Shown piece after piece: positions 1 to 11,417 of a DNA stretch of 64,000 nucleotides. The notes below the pieces were generated by a model. It was given only the letters and a program-made list of their open reading frames with translations. It made no database searches and was not told where the DNA came from. Positions within the stretch are counted from its first letter, which is position 1, and each line of letters begins with the position of its first letter. Source of the DNA: Lytechinus pictus (taxonomy: Eukaryota); contig NC_087252.1 of assembly GCF_037042905.1 (NCBI RefSeq), forward strand, positions 7,442,001 through 7,506,000, read 5' to 3'. Made by a program: the position numbers and the translations under genes.

Positions 1-3000
1 ATGGCTGATACAAATAACTCTTCTTTCAAATTTTATGATAATGATTCATCTGATAGAGAATCCAGTGACTTTAATACCTCTTCAGCCTCATATGATAATA
101 ATTTTGCAGATAATTTTAATCTATCATCTGAGGAGTTAAATTATGCCAATGATTCTAATCAATGTTCACTTCCAATTCCCTCCTCGAAATATATAACCCA
201 ATTACAATTAAAAGAAGTAACAAAAAAAAATTCTAAAAACTCATTTTCCTTACTGCATATGAATATCAGAAGCATAAGTAAACATTTTGAAGACCTTCAG
301 ATTCTTTTAGACAACCATAATAAACATTCTTTTTCAGTTATTGGCTTGACCGAAACTTGGCTTACAACTGACACAAATTTACCTTATGCATTAAATGGAT
401 ATGATTTTATTGTTAATAACAGATCAAAAAAGTCGGGTAGGGGCGTAGCACTTTATCTTTCCAATAATTTTGAATTCACTGCCCTAAACGAACTTAATTT
501 TATGAATGAATTTATTGAGTCATTATTTGTTGAAATTTCTATTCCTCATGGCAAAAATATAATAATTGGAATTATTTATAGACCCCCAAACTCAAATAAT
601 AATGATTTCTTTCAATTTATAACATCTATTCTGAGTAATGTTAATTTTATTAACAAAGATGTATTTGTAATGGGCGATTTTAATATCGATCTATTAAAAC
701 ATGCTAGTAACAATTTCTCACATGACTTTCTTGAAACACTTTACTCAGCCTCGTTCTTGCCATTAATTTCTAATAAACCTACGCGTGTTAGCAATCACTC
801 AGCCACTCTCCTTGACAATATTCTGTGTAACTCATTACCACCCCCAGAATCCTTAATAGTCCTTTCTGATATTACTGATCATTATCCAATTATGTCATTT
901 TTTAATCTTAATTGTTCCTTAAATAAAGTATATCCCTTACCAGCAAGACGTAGGGCCACCCCAGAAAACATAGCTAGTCTTGGTGTCAGTTTAGATAGAG
1001 TTGATTGGTCTAGTGTTTATAACACTGACGATGTCGATCTATCCTTAGGCATTTTTTTAAGTATATTTAAAAAACATCTAGATGATCATATTCCTAAAAA
1101 GAATGATAATCGAGTTAATTATAAAACATCACCCAGACTTCCATGGATTTCTAACTCCCTCTTGCGCTCAATTAATAAAAAAAACCGACTGTACTATAAA
1201 AAAATTCAAAATAAAAAAGAATGAACATTCAAAAATTAAGTATACTTCTTATAAAAATACATTAATAAAAATCTTGCGTGCAGAAAAAAAGAAATATTAC
1301 TCAATTCAATTAGAACAATATAAACATGACATGAAAAACACATGGAAAGTTATTAAGCAAGCCCTGAATATTTCAAAAAAGAAATCAAATATTACTAAAA
1401 TAAGATTTAATAATCGGAATATTGAAGATCCCACAGATATCGCCAATGTTTTAAATTCATACTTTTCTACCATAGGAAAAAATCTGGCACAAAAAATTCC
1501 ACAATCTAATAAGCATTTTTCTAAATTCTTGGGACAACCTAATGCCAATTCCATTTTCTTCTATCCGACTACTATTTATGAAGTGACCGATATTGTTTCC
1601 TCCTTAAATAATAAACACAGTGCTGGTCATGATGACATAAGTAATTTTATATTAAAAGGTACCATTTCGTCTATTGTTGAGCCCTTGACACATATATTAA
1701 ATAAATATATTTTAAGTGGTATTTTTCCTAAGCAAATGAAAATTGCGAAAATTATTCCCTTATTTAAAAAGGGAGACGAGCTTGATGCTGGTAATTACCG
1801 TCCCATATCTTTACTCTCTTCTCTTTCTAAGATTTTAGAAAGATTAATTTTTATTAGAACAACTAAATTTCTTAAAGTCAATGATATATTTACTAACTTT
1901 CAATTTGGTTTTAGACAAAAACATAGCACTATCCACGCTCTTTTAAATTTTGTGCATAAAGTAGCCCATTCTTTGGATGATCATTCGCATCTAATTGGTA
2001 TATTCCTGGACTTCTCCAAGGCATTCGACACTATTAACCATGACATTTTACTTTACAAACTTTATCATTATGGAATACGTGGAATTGCCTTGGAGTGGTT
2101 CAGGAATTACCTTAAAGAAAGAAAACAATATGTTTATTTAAATAATCACATCTCTGATCAACATGACATTAATTGTGGTGTCCCACAATGTAGTATATTA
2201 GGGCCTCTTTTATTCATTATTTACATTAACGATTTTCACAGATCATCTGACATTCTTTCGTTTATTCTTTTTGCAGATGATTCCAATGTATTTTTTGCTC
2301 ACAAAAACCCTCACACCCTAGTTCAGATTATGAATTTGGAATTGCTAAATTTGACTCAATGGATACGTGCCAATAAACTGTCTCTTAATTTAAACAAAAC
2401 CAAATATATGATATTTAGTAATTCTATTGAATCTTTACCTTCTGACATCATCTTTGATGATACACCTTTACAATGTGTTTCCCAAATTAAATTTTTAGGA
2501 ATTATAGTTGATAATAAACTTTCTTGGAAACACCACGTTCTTAATGTGAGCAAAATATTATCTCGTAATATTGGTGTAATTAATAAGTTAAAACACTCTT
2601 TTCCTTCCGTCACATTACTCATGTTATACTCCTCTTTGATTTTACCTTACCTTAATTATGGAATATTAGCTTGGGGTAATACCCACAATTCTTTATTGGA
2701 CAAAATATTAATTTTACAAAAGAAAACACTCCGAATTATATGTAATGCACCATTTCGTTCTCATACAGAACCATTGTTTCTGAAACATAAAATCATGAAA
2801 ATAAAAAATTTATATTTGTTTCAATTAGGTCAATTCATGTTTAAATATAAAAATAATTCGTTGCCACGCATATTTGATTCCATGTTTCCCCGAAACCAAT
2901 CCCTCCATAACTATCCCACCAGGCAGTCAAATGAATATCACTTACCCCTTCTCAGAACGCTTCTAGCACAAAATACTTACTTATATACAGGTCCAAGATT

Positions 3001-3088
3001 TTGGAATTCCCTTGACGATGAGATTAAAGACGCCCGTTCTTTACTGTCCTTTAAAAACAAACTAAAACTTATGCTCCTAAAGTCTTAA
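1..3088 (+). pseudogene. LINE ORF2 (endonuclease-reverse transcriptase) split by a +1 frameshift at an A7 run (1198-1204)
   Basis: Removing one A joins ...RLYYKK to FKIKKNEHSK... and gives one continuous EN-RT ORF. The RT motif GVPQGS reads GVPQCS here. Confidence 0.85.
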
Positions 3089-3880
3089 TGAATTATGTTT
3101 ATTATTCTAAACTAAAATTTTGCCTTATTGCCAGTCTATTATCTATGTTTATACAGAACATGGCATATTTTTTCCAATTAGACATACAAAAGTTATAGCT
3201 TGTCTATACATTATATTCTACTTTTTATATTGTATATGTGTATGTGTGTATGTCCGTATGTAAGGGTGTGTGTATGGGTGCGTGTGTATGTGTGTATATG
3301 TATGTATATATATATATATATGTGTGTATATATATGTACATGATGTGTATGTATGTGTAGACATAATATATATGCAGCAGATTAGCTTTGCATCCCTCTC
3401 CCTATCTCTATTTTTCTTTCTATATTCTAGGCAGTTGTCATCGTACTATTGTCCACCCTCATGTACCGTCCTGTGTTGTGTTGTGTCGTGTTATTGTCTT
3501 TTGTCTCTGAATTTCACAATCCTGTATATAAGATTTGTTTTTGCCCCTTTCGTTATCTTCATGTATTCCTTTACATATATTTCAATATTTTTTCTATCCT
3601 AACTTTTTGAGGGGTTCACATTTTACAAGCTTTGCTTTTCAGTGGACCCCTCCATTCTTCTCATGATATATGATTATATTGATTTAATTATATTTAATTG
3701 TATTGATTATATTGATTTAAATATATTTGAATCACTTATTGAATATGTATATTATTTATTCAATGTTGAATTTTGTTCATGCTTTTATTTGAATTGAATT
3801 GATTTATCATGTAATTATTTGTATTATGTTGAAGAATGAAAATAAATTGAATTGAATTGAATTGAATTGAATGAAATGAA
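1..3880 (+). mobile_element. CR1/L2-group non-LTR retrotransposon (LINE): ORF2 plus 3' UTR, cut by the window start
   Basis: APE endonuclease motifs (LLHMNIRS, IGLTETWL, IYRPP, MGDFN, TDHYP) at 1-1224. RT motifs (NYRPISLL, QFGFR, FLDFSKAFD, LFADD, FLG) at 1082-3088. The 3' UTR ends in AATAAA (3841) followed by an (ATTGA)n tail to ~3880. Confidence 0.93.
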
Positions 3881-4002
3881 AAAAAAACAATAAAATGAAA
3901 ATCAATCATTAAATAAAATAATATTGATAATGTTGAGAAGGACGGAAAAGGTAATACGTCATATTAATAACATATTTATAAAATACAAAAGACTTTTATT
4001 GA

Positions 4003-4300
4003 ACTTACCCATCGTTTCGAGACGAACATAAGAAATGGAATAAACGATTCTTATGATGACTTGCTGTGAATCCTTATCGTCTCCCAATTTACATCTCAAT
4101 TATATATGAAACAGAAGTGCGATAAACGATCTCTCGAAGTGTTGAACAAGTCAGTTTGAATCGTTTCTCATCTAAGCCGCGCGTCGAAAAGTCTTATCCC
4201 CTATAGACTCCGCCTCCCCCCCCCCCCCCCCCTTCTCTCTCTCAGTTCTTGTGCGTAATAAAAGTCTTCCAATACACGTACACACTCGCATTCTGATTGG
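4003..4300 (-). promoter_or_regulatory. Candidate promoter and non-coding first exon of a leftward gene outside the window
   Basis: On the minus strand: donor TGG|GTAAGT (4008-4003), a CpG-rich segment at 4010-4200, a poly-G/GC tract at ~4211-4233 and CCAATCAG at ~4293-4300. Confidence 0.4.
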
Positions 4301-4844
4301 GTAATTTGTTAGCCATATACATAATTTGCCCAATTCCGTGTGTTATGTGTTTATTAGCTAAGCTGATGTGTCTTTGGTTGGTTCATTAACATGTAAAATA
4401 GTGTAAAACAGTACGTTGTATAATATTAAACAGCGTACATACGTGTATGTTTAAGATATTGCTTTGAATCCAAACCAAATTCTAATACGTGTCATTATAT
4501 TGTTTAGATTAGAAAAGATGCATGTGTTTTTTTAGTTGGTAATTTTTAAAGAAATCAATGGGTTATTGTATTTAAATTCATTTTGTGCAGCTATTTTTTG
4601 TAAATCTACCGGTTTGATTCTGACAAATTATATGTTAAATGCGTACAGGGCGGGGTACAGGGCCGTTGTGGAAAGTAGTTATATATACTGTTACTCACAA
4701 TCAATGCTACCAATTGTCATTTGCATAAAAGGCAAATGAGTGATGGAGAAAGAAAAACTTGAAATAAGAAACAGGTCTTAATAAATAACAATGATGTTCC
4801 AGATCCAAATCTTATTGATCATGTCGACATGGTCGGTGGATCAG

Positions 4845-4955
4845 CTTGTCGCATTTTCGGAGCAATTGTCGCATTTTGTCGCAGAGCAATTGTCATACAA
4901 TCGGAGCATTTGTCGTCGGCGGAGCAAATGTCGGCGTAGCAATTATTGGCGGAGT
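4845..4955. repeat. Short degenerate tandem repeat of GGAGCAA(T/A)TGTCG
   Basis: About 5-6 imperfect copies are visible directly. Confidence 0.6.
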
Positions 4956-5000
4956 TCAACTTTTTCAAGAGTCATGAATTACACAAAAAGCATGTAAGGG

Positions 5001-5715
5001 CAGTGACGTACCTTGTGTCACGGCATTAGGGGGGGGGGGCACCAGCAAAAAATTTGAGTCATATAATGATAGTGCATGGGCGGGCGAAGCGCGCTCAATT
5101 GCCAGGTATATACTGACCTAATAGAGACATTTTAAGGACTATACCGTTAAACGGATATGCCACTGATCAAATATAACTGTATAATGCGAGTGCGAAGCGC
5201 GACCTGAAAATTTTTCAATATTCCGATCTTTAAAATGGACATTTCGAAGACTGATTTTAGGAATTCATGAAGAGCAGACATATCTCACCAATTCACTAAT
5301 GCGAACGTAAGCTCGGACTGCAAATTTTTTCTATTCAGACTTAAAAAAGAGCAATCACTTTAAGTAGTCATGAAAAAGAAGCATATGTCACTACATAAAA
5401 CATGCAATAACTCGAAGTGCGAGGAAGTATATTTCGTGGATATTGACTTGAAAACGGGACCGTTAAACAAACAATGCGAGCACCGGGAACGATGAACACA
5501 TAGGCCCTGAGCAAATATATATGTTTTATAAAGTTATGAAGAAAAAAATCTTGTGTAATATAACCATGATAACATATCATAATGTATAATAATTTCTTCT
5601 ATCCCACTACGTTTCTCTTCCTTTCTCCTTTCCCCCCGTTTTTTCTTCCTTTTTTTACCAGCCGATGGGGGGGGGGACATGTGCCCCCCATTTGCCCCCC
5701 GTAGATACGCCACTG
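5001..5715. mobile_element. Non-autonomous TIR element (CAGTG...CACTG) with internal GCGAAGCGCG motifs
   Basis: Termini are CAGTGACGTAC and GATACGCCACTG. G/C-rich subterminal blocks. No clean TSD. Confidence 0.6.
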
Positions 5716-6098
5716 TTAAGGATATCGTATCTATAGATGACAAAAACAAAATTTTGATCTAGACCTAAAAAATAAAAACGCCATTTTGTAAGCACTTTTC
5801 AAAATCTTGACTCAACAGGATGGGCAAGCTCGAAGCGCGAGTTGAAAATTTTCATATTCCCAAGCCTTTTTTTCTTTTACTTTCTAATCAATTTTTACTT
5901 CCCAAATACTTTCCGATTACTTTCCAATTAGCCTATAATTCTCTCTTCTCGTTTTTTTTTCTTCTTATTCACTTTATATCCTCTGTATCTTTTTTCTCAG
6001 TACCTTTTCTCGTCTTAAATGCCCCTATTTTGGTTCCTGTTCTTTTCCTTTTCCCCCTTTTAAGGTGATGAATATTGAGGCTCGATCTAGCCATGCAC

Positions 6099-6263
6099 CA
6101 GGGGAGCGTTTCATTAACATTTTTGTCCGACATGTTGTCAGATCTGACATCTTTCCTTGATTTTGATTGGCTGATAAGCAATGTTATACTATGGTAACTG
6201 TCGGATAAAATGGGACTTGTCGGATAAAACGTCTGACAAGTCCTTTCATGAAACGCTCCCCTG
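6099..6263. mobile_element. MITE, probably PIF/Harbinger-type with CWG target
   Basis: Perfect 16-bp inverted ends CAGGGGAGCGTTTCAT / ATGAAACGCTCCCCTG. Related copies at ~17654-17800, ~19702-19872 and ~24908-25080. Confidence 0.8.
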
Positions 6264-6331
6264 ATCTCGAGGCTATCCCCCGCCACGTACGTATAGGCCT
6301 TATGTCCAACTCAACTGATGTCCGTCCCGTC

Positions 6332-8027
6332 CATATGCGGATCCAGGGGGCCCGAAGAGCCCGGGCCCCCTAGCTATTGGTGGAGCAAAAAAAAGAAAAA
6401 AAGGAAAGAAAAAAAAAAGAAAAAAAGGAGGGAAAAGAGAGGAGAAAAAAAGAAGAGGAAGACGAGTGAATAAAATAAGATGAGGGGAAGACTTGGAAAA
6501 TTCATGTCACTATATACAATTTTCGCTCGCGCTTCGCGTTCGTATTGCCTGTTAGGTGATTTTCATATATTGTTCAATTATCAAGTTTGGAAGTCAATAT
6601 GCAAAACATATTTCATCTCGGTAATCGAACTTTCATTATTTTGTGTGATTTACAAATTGATTAAAAGTGCTCTGTAAAAATTTCAGTTTTATGGTCTGAA
6701 TATTTTGATTTAACAGGTACCAATTATTTTCGTGTAATCCATAAAGTTTTCAAAATATCCCTTTTCAGGTCTGCTGATTGTCAAACGTCAAAACGTTTCA
6801 GCTATTCAGTGTATAAAAAAATTATAAGGCTCGCAATTTGCGCTCGCATTAATAGTTAAAAACATATTAACTGATGCACCTTATTTATAATTACAAAATT
6901 GCTTGAAATGTTCAGTTTTCAGGCCATTATATTATCAGATTTCGCGCCCTCATTAAGCATTAATGAATAAGATATCAATTTAATAATTGAATTGTCCCCT
7001 TTGTTTCATCTCGCGCTTAATAAGAGGAATAGGAAGACAGTCATCATTTTCATATGATGACATGTCCTAAGGATGTCCTATGTCAAAACTGAAAGTAATT
7101 ATAATGAAAAATATCAGCTCTTTATTAAGTGCGATCCATATCCACCTCACAATTTTGAGTGCTTGAAATATAGAGCTGTAATTGACTCTTTTTTTCATAT
7201 CGAAATATCAAATAGTTTAAGCTCGCGCTTCGCGCTCGCTTTGATTTTCATGATAAAGATCATTTATAATGCCTATATAGATTCTAGGTCTAAATATGAA
7301 ACACGAAACAAAGCGCGCATGTTTATTCAGATACTTAATTAAGTTAACTTGTTCTCTATTTCAATCATTAATATCCAGTTTCAGATCACAATATCAAAAA
7401 ATTTCTGCTCGCGCTTTGCGCTCGCATTATAAATGTAAGGAAGATCCCCAGAGTTCTTTTCATGCATTTACAAAACATGAATAGAGTGTCTAGCTCGTTC
7501 AGTAGGTCGAAATTTTCCATTGTTTAGTTATATACCTATTCTGTTTAAGTCACAAAACATGCTTAGAATTTCCATTCTTTAGGTAAAAATGCCAAAAATT
7601 TTTAGCTCGCGCTTGACACTCGCATTATTTGATTTTTTTAGATATGGAACGTCTTCATGGCTAACTGCATGAAATCTTTAACAGGTACATATCCATCAGT
7701 TCATTTCTGCTCGCGCTTCGCGTTCGTAGTAATTATTTAGTTGCATACACACTTTTTTAGGATAACAAACATTGCCCGGAATGTTCAAATTTTAGGAAAA
7801 TATACATAAGATTTTCAAAAAAAATTAGATCGCGCTTCGCGCTCGCATTATATAAATAAGGATTACATTATATATTTATGTTGATTTGTAAGAATAAAAC
7901 TAAAAGTGACTATTAGGACTACCCCTTCAAAGAAACCCAAAATCATCTTCGAGCGGCCGATCTGGGGAAAAAAATGGCTAAAAAAAATTTCGGCCCCCCC
8001 TATTGGCGAAGGCTGGATCCGCCCCTG
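6332..8027. mobile_element. Non-autonomous TIR element (GCGGATCCAG ends) with an internal array of GCTCGCGCTTCGCGCTCGCATT motifs
   Basis: Left end ..GCGGATCCAG, right end CTGGATCCGCCCCTG. The motif recurs at ~6525, 6829, 7221, 7407, 7606, 7709 and 7829. Confidence 0.6.
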
Positions 8028-8226
8028 CCCTCCCCCAAAATTTCCCCGGGATTTCAATTACCTTGTAAAATTTCTAAACATATTTGCCAAAAAACTGCTA
8101 CCAGATCACCCCCCCCCCCCCCCCCCCACAACCCTTATCAACATTCAACATCGTAATGTTACCCCCCAATAATAATACACCAACCTGGTGGACTGTACTT
8201 TAACGGATGATGATGATGATGAATAA

Positions 8227-8387
8227 AGCCATGGTCACATTTGTTCTACGGCGGCCGTACGGCGAGTCGAAAACAGCCGTTTTAACATTTTTTGTCAAAC
8301 TACATATAGGTGGTTTGAATCAAAACTGATAAAACGGCTGTTTTCGACTCGCCGTACGGCCGCCGTAGAACAAATGTGACCATGGCA
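8227..8387. mobile_element. Palindromic PIF/Harbinger-like MITE
   Basis: Perfect 57-bp inverted arms at 8228-8284 and 8330-8386, flanked by TAA on both sides (8224-8226, 8388-8390). Confidence 0.88.
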
Positions 8388-8499
8388 TAAAGCTTCTTTT
8401 TTTTGGCGCAGCTCGCGCCCCTGATATACGTGTGTGTGTTCACTCACTTCACAAGTTTAACGACCTTGTGCTATCGGAGCTCAAACGATATAATACAAA

Positions 8500-8616
8500 G
8501 ACGACATAGAATTTGATCGACAGCTATCGTTTCACAAGTCTCCATTTTGGAAAGTGAACAAGGGTGTGGGCGACTTCTTCTCCGGCGCAGCCTCAACTTG
8601 ACTAAATACGGTAAGG
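8500..8616 (+). promoter_or_regulatory. Probable non-coding exon 1 / TSS region of gene A
   Basis: CpG-rich. YY1-like CCATTTTG at ~8543. Donor ACG|GTAAGG at 8611. Resembles the minus-strand segment at 38524-38600 upstream of gene B. Confidence 0.55.
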
Positions 8617-9095
8617 ACTAAAAGTTAAGGCTACGGATTTATCAAAATTCCAAGCAGTGTGTATTTCGATTTTCTCGGTTTTTATTTCTTAATATGTATA
8701 TTAGAGGTCTAGTGTTGATTTTGTGTTTTTGTGTCTCACGATTCCACGAATGTATGCATATCTCTTGCGAAGTTGTACCTGAATGGCGACACTTTGCTGT
8801 GTTCCCACCTGTATGTTTTTGTGTGTGTGAATATGTCAATGTGGATGAGTGATCATGGCAATGGCAATGCCATTAAAAGGCATGGGATTTTTTTTTAACA
8901 GACGTAGACTGTCTTCATAGTCTAAATATTGTTTACTTAAATTTAAGGGGTAGGCCTGCTCCAAGCTAAAAATAATTTGATTGGAACAGATAAACAAAAC
9001 AAACACAACAGTCGACACTCGCTGAAAATTTGATCAAAATCGAACAAAATAACAACTATGTTGGCATTGATAATGAATTAAACCAACAAAAATAA

Positions 9096-9746
9096 AGAGA
9101 TGGTCCAGACTGGATATATTTTTATTTCAATAAATAGAGTAAAATTCACAAAGCAAAATGCTGAAAATTTGATCAAATTCGGATAAATACTAGCGCTAGC
9201 AAAGTTATTGATTGAATTAAATTAAAGATTTGCATTATTTCGGTGAAACAGTTCTGAGTATAGGCATGTCTTTATGAATATTTATTAGGTGGGCTGATGA
9301 TGCCACATCCCCACATGTTCTTTTTAATTTTATTATATGTAATTAGGTTTTTTCAATTTTATTATATGTAATTAGGTTTTTTCAATTTTTTCTACCAAGA
9401 ACTAAAACAATTGGACTGACAAGTGACAACTGATTAAAAGCATTGCCATTAGTTATTTATTGCTGCAACTTATTTCATCATAATGGATACACATCATTTA
9501 TACAGGTATGAAAAAATGAAGCATTTGTGATTTCATGTAATAACATAAGAAAAGGGAAAGTGGGGATGTGACATCATCAGCCTACCTAATCATGATGATG
9601 CACATGTAACTGTTTTCACATAATATTGTTTAACTTTAAAATTCTTCATTATTTGTTATCCAATTTTGATGAAATTTTCAGCTTTTTGCTCTGTAAATTT
9701 TACTCTATTTATTTAGATATAAATATTTTCAGCCCGGACCATCCCT
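9096..9746. mobile_element. TTAA-target MITE (Kolobok-like AG...CT ends)
   Basis: Ends AGAGATGGTCCAGACTG / CAGCCCGGACCATCCCT with ATAA and TTAA flanks. The interior resembles 10515-11071. Confidence 0.7.
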
Positions 9747-10110
9747 TTAAGTCTAGATCTATATAGACTTGCATCATGATCATATGGTCATTTTGGACTG
9801 TCTTGGTGAAAAAGTTGTGTCATTCAATTCTGTGCATAACTTTATGAATATTCAATGGGCAAATTGATGATGTCATACTTGTATTTTATTACATGAAATT
9901 ATGTTAAGACTCTATTCGAGTTTTGTTTTCCCCAAAATTGTATTGAAAACTGATAATGAATGATAAATTCTCGCCAGCATTTATTCCCCATTCTTCAAAT
10001 CATGTTCTTGCTCTCACAAGAAAACACATGTACCGTAATATATTAAAAATTACATGTATCAACCAAAACTAATAAATTGGTAAAATTTACTATAGTACCA
10101 AGCTAATGCT

Positions 10111-11370
10111 TTGTCTTGCCTGCATATCAGAGCGAGACTATAGGCGCTGCTTATCCGACAGCAACGGCGGCTGCGTCATCAACATTGATTTAAAACTTTA
10201 ATCAAGGTCAAGTTTTTGAAATGTCATCATGACTTGGAAAATAATATGTGGACCTATGTCATGAAACTTGGACATAAACGTAATCAAGTATCATTGATAA
10301 TTTTGCATGAGTTTGAGGTCAAAAGTCAATTAATTAGGGTCAATGAATTTTGACCCTGTTGGGAGTATCAATCAACATTGAAATCTTAACCAAGGTTAAG
10401 TTTTTGAATGTTCTCATAATTTTGAAAGTATATGAACCTATTTCATTAAACTTAGACACAAGGGTAATCAAGTATTAACAATTGTCTTGGAGGGGGTTCA
10501 GGTCACATGATTAAAGGGGTACTCCAGGCTGATAATAATATGATTTGGACAGATAAAGAAAAATCAGACAAACAAAACACTGAAAATTTGATCAAAACCA
10601 GACAAGGAATAACATAAAAAGTATGGCATTTAAAGATTTGCATTATTCCTGTGAAATAATTCTAGGCACATCATCATGAATATTCAATGAGCAAATTGAT
10701 GATGTCTATCCCCACTTGTTCATTGAATTTTGTTATATGAAATCGTATTTATTTCTTTTTTCCTTTAAGAACTACAAAAATGTGTTAACGAATGATTTAG
10801 TGCATTACATATTCATTGCTGCAACTTCTTTCATTGTAAGGATGACCTATCCTTCCAACATGTATGAAACAATTACGATTTCATGTAAAAACATATTAAA
10901 GAAAAAGGAAAGTGGGAATGTGACGTTATCAGCCAACCTAATGAAAATTCATGACAGCAAAATATTGCTAAACTTTAAGATTTGATAACTTCGTTATTTG
11001 ATATCAGATTTTGATGAAACTTTCAGAAATTTGCTCTCTGAACTTAAATATTTTCAGCCAGGAGTACCCCTTTGAGGTCAAATGTCATTTAGGGTCAATG
11101 AACATTGACTATGTTGGGATATTCTTTGAAATGTCCTCTGAACTTTGAATATTTATGGATCTAGTTTATGAAACCAAGTATCACTGATCATCTTGCATGA
11201 GTTTCAGGTCACATGATTAAGGTCGAAGGCAATTTATAGTCAATGAACTTAATAGTAGGTTGACATATAAAAAAAAATTGTGAATCATCTTAGTTGATTT
11301 CAAAGCCGACACTGTTGCTATATCAAATTGCGTAATGCAGGCGAGACTGCCAGAGGTGTTTCATTTGTTA
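10111..11370 (+). mobile_element. Helentron-associated (DINE/HINE-like) element interrupted by a TTAA MITE
   Basis: 5' GTCTTGCCTGC...GCGAGAC short inverted repeat, GGC-rich stretch, ~184-bp core repeats (10261, 10445) and 3' GCAGGCGAGAC. Confidence 0.6.
10515..11071. mobile_element. TTAA-target MITE (Kolobok-like), nested
   Basis: TTAA|AGGGGTACTCCAGGCTGA ... TCAGCCAGGAGTACCCCT|TTGA. Confidence 0.75.
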
Positions 11371-11417
11371 TGTTTATCCCTTGCTGCAGATTTTGCAAAT
11401 GGTCCTCGACTGAAGTC

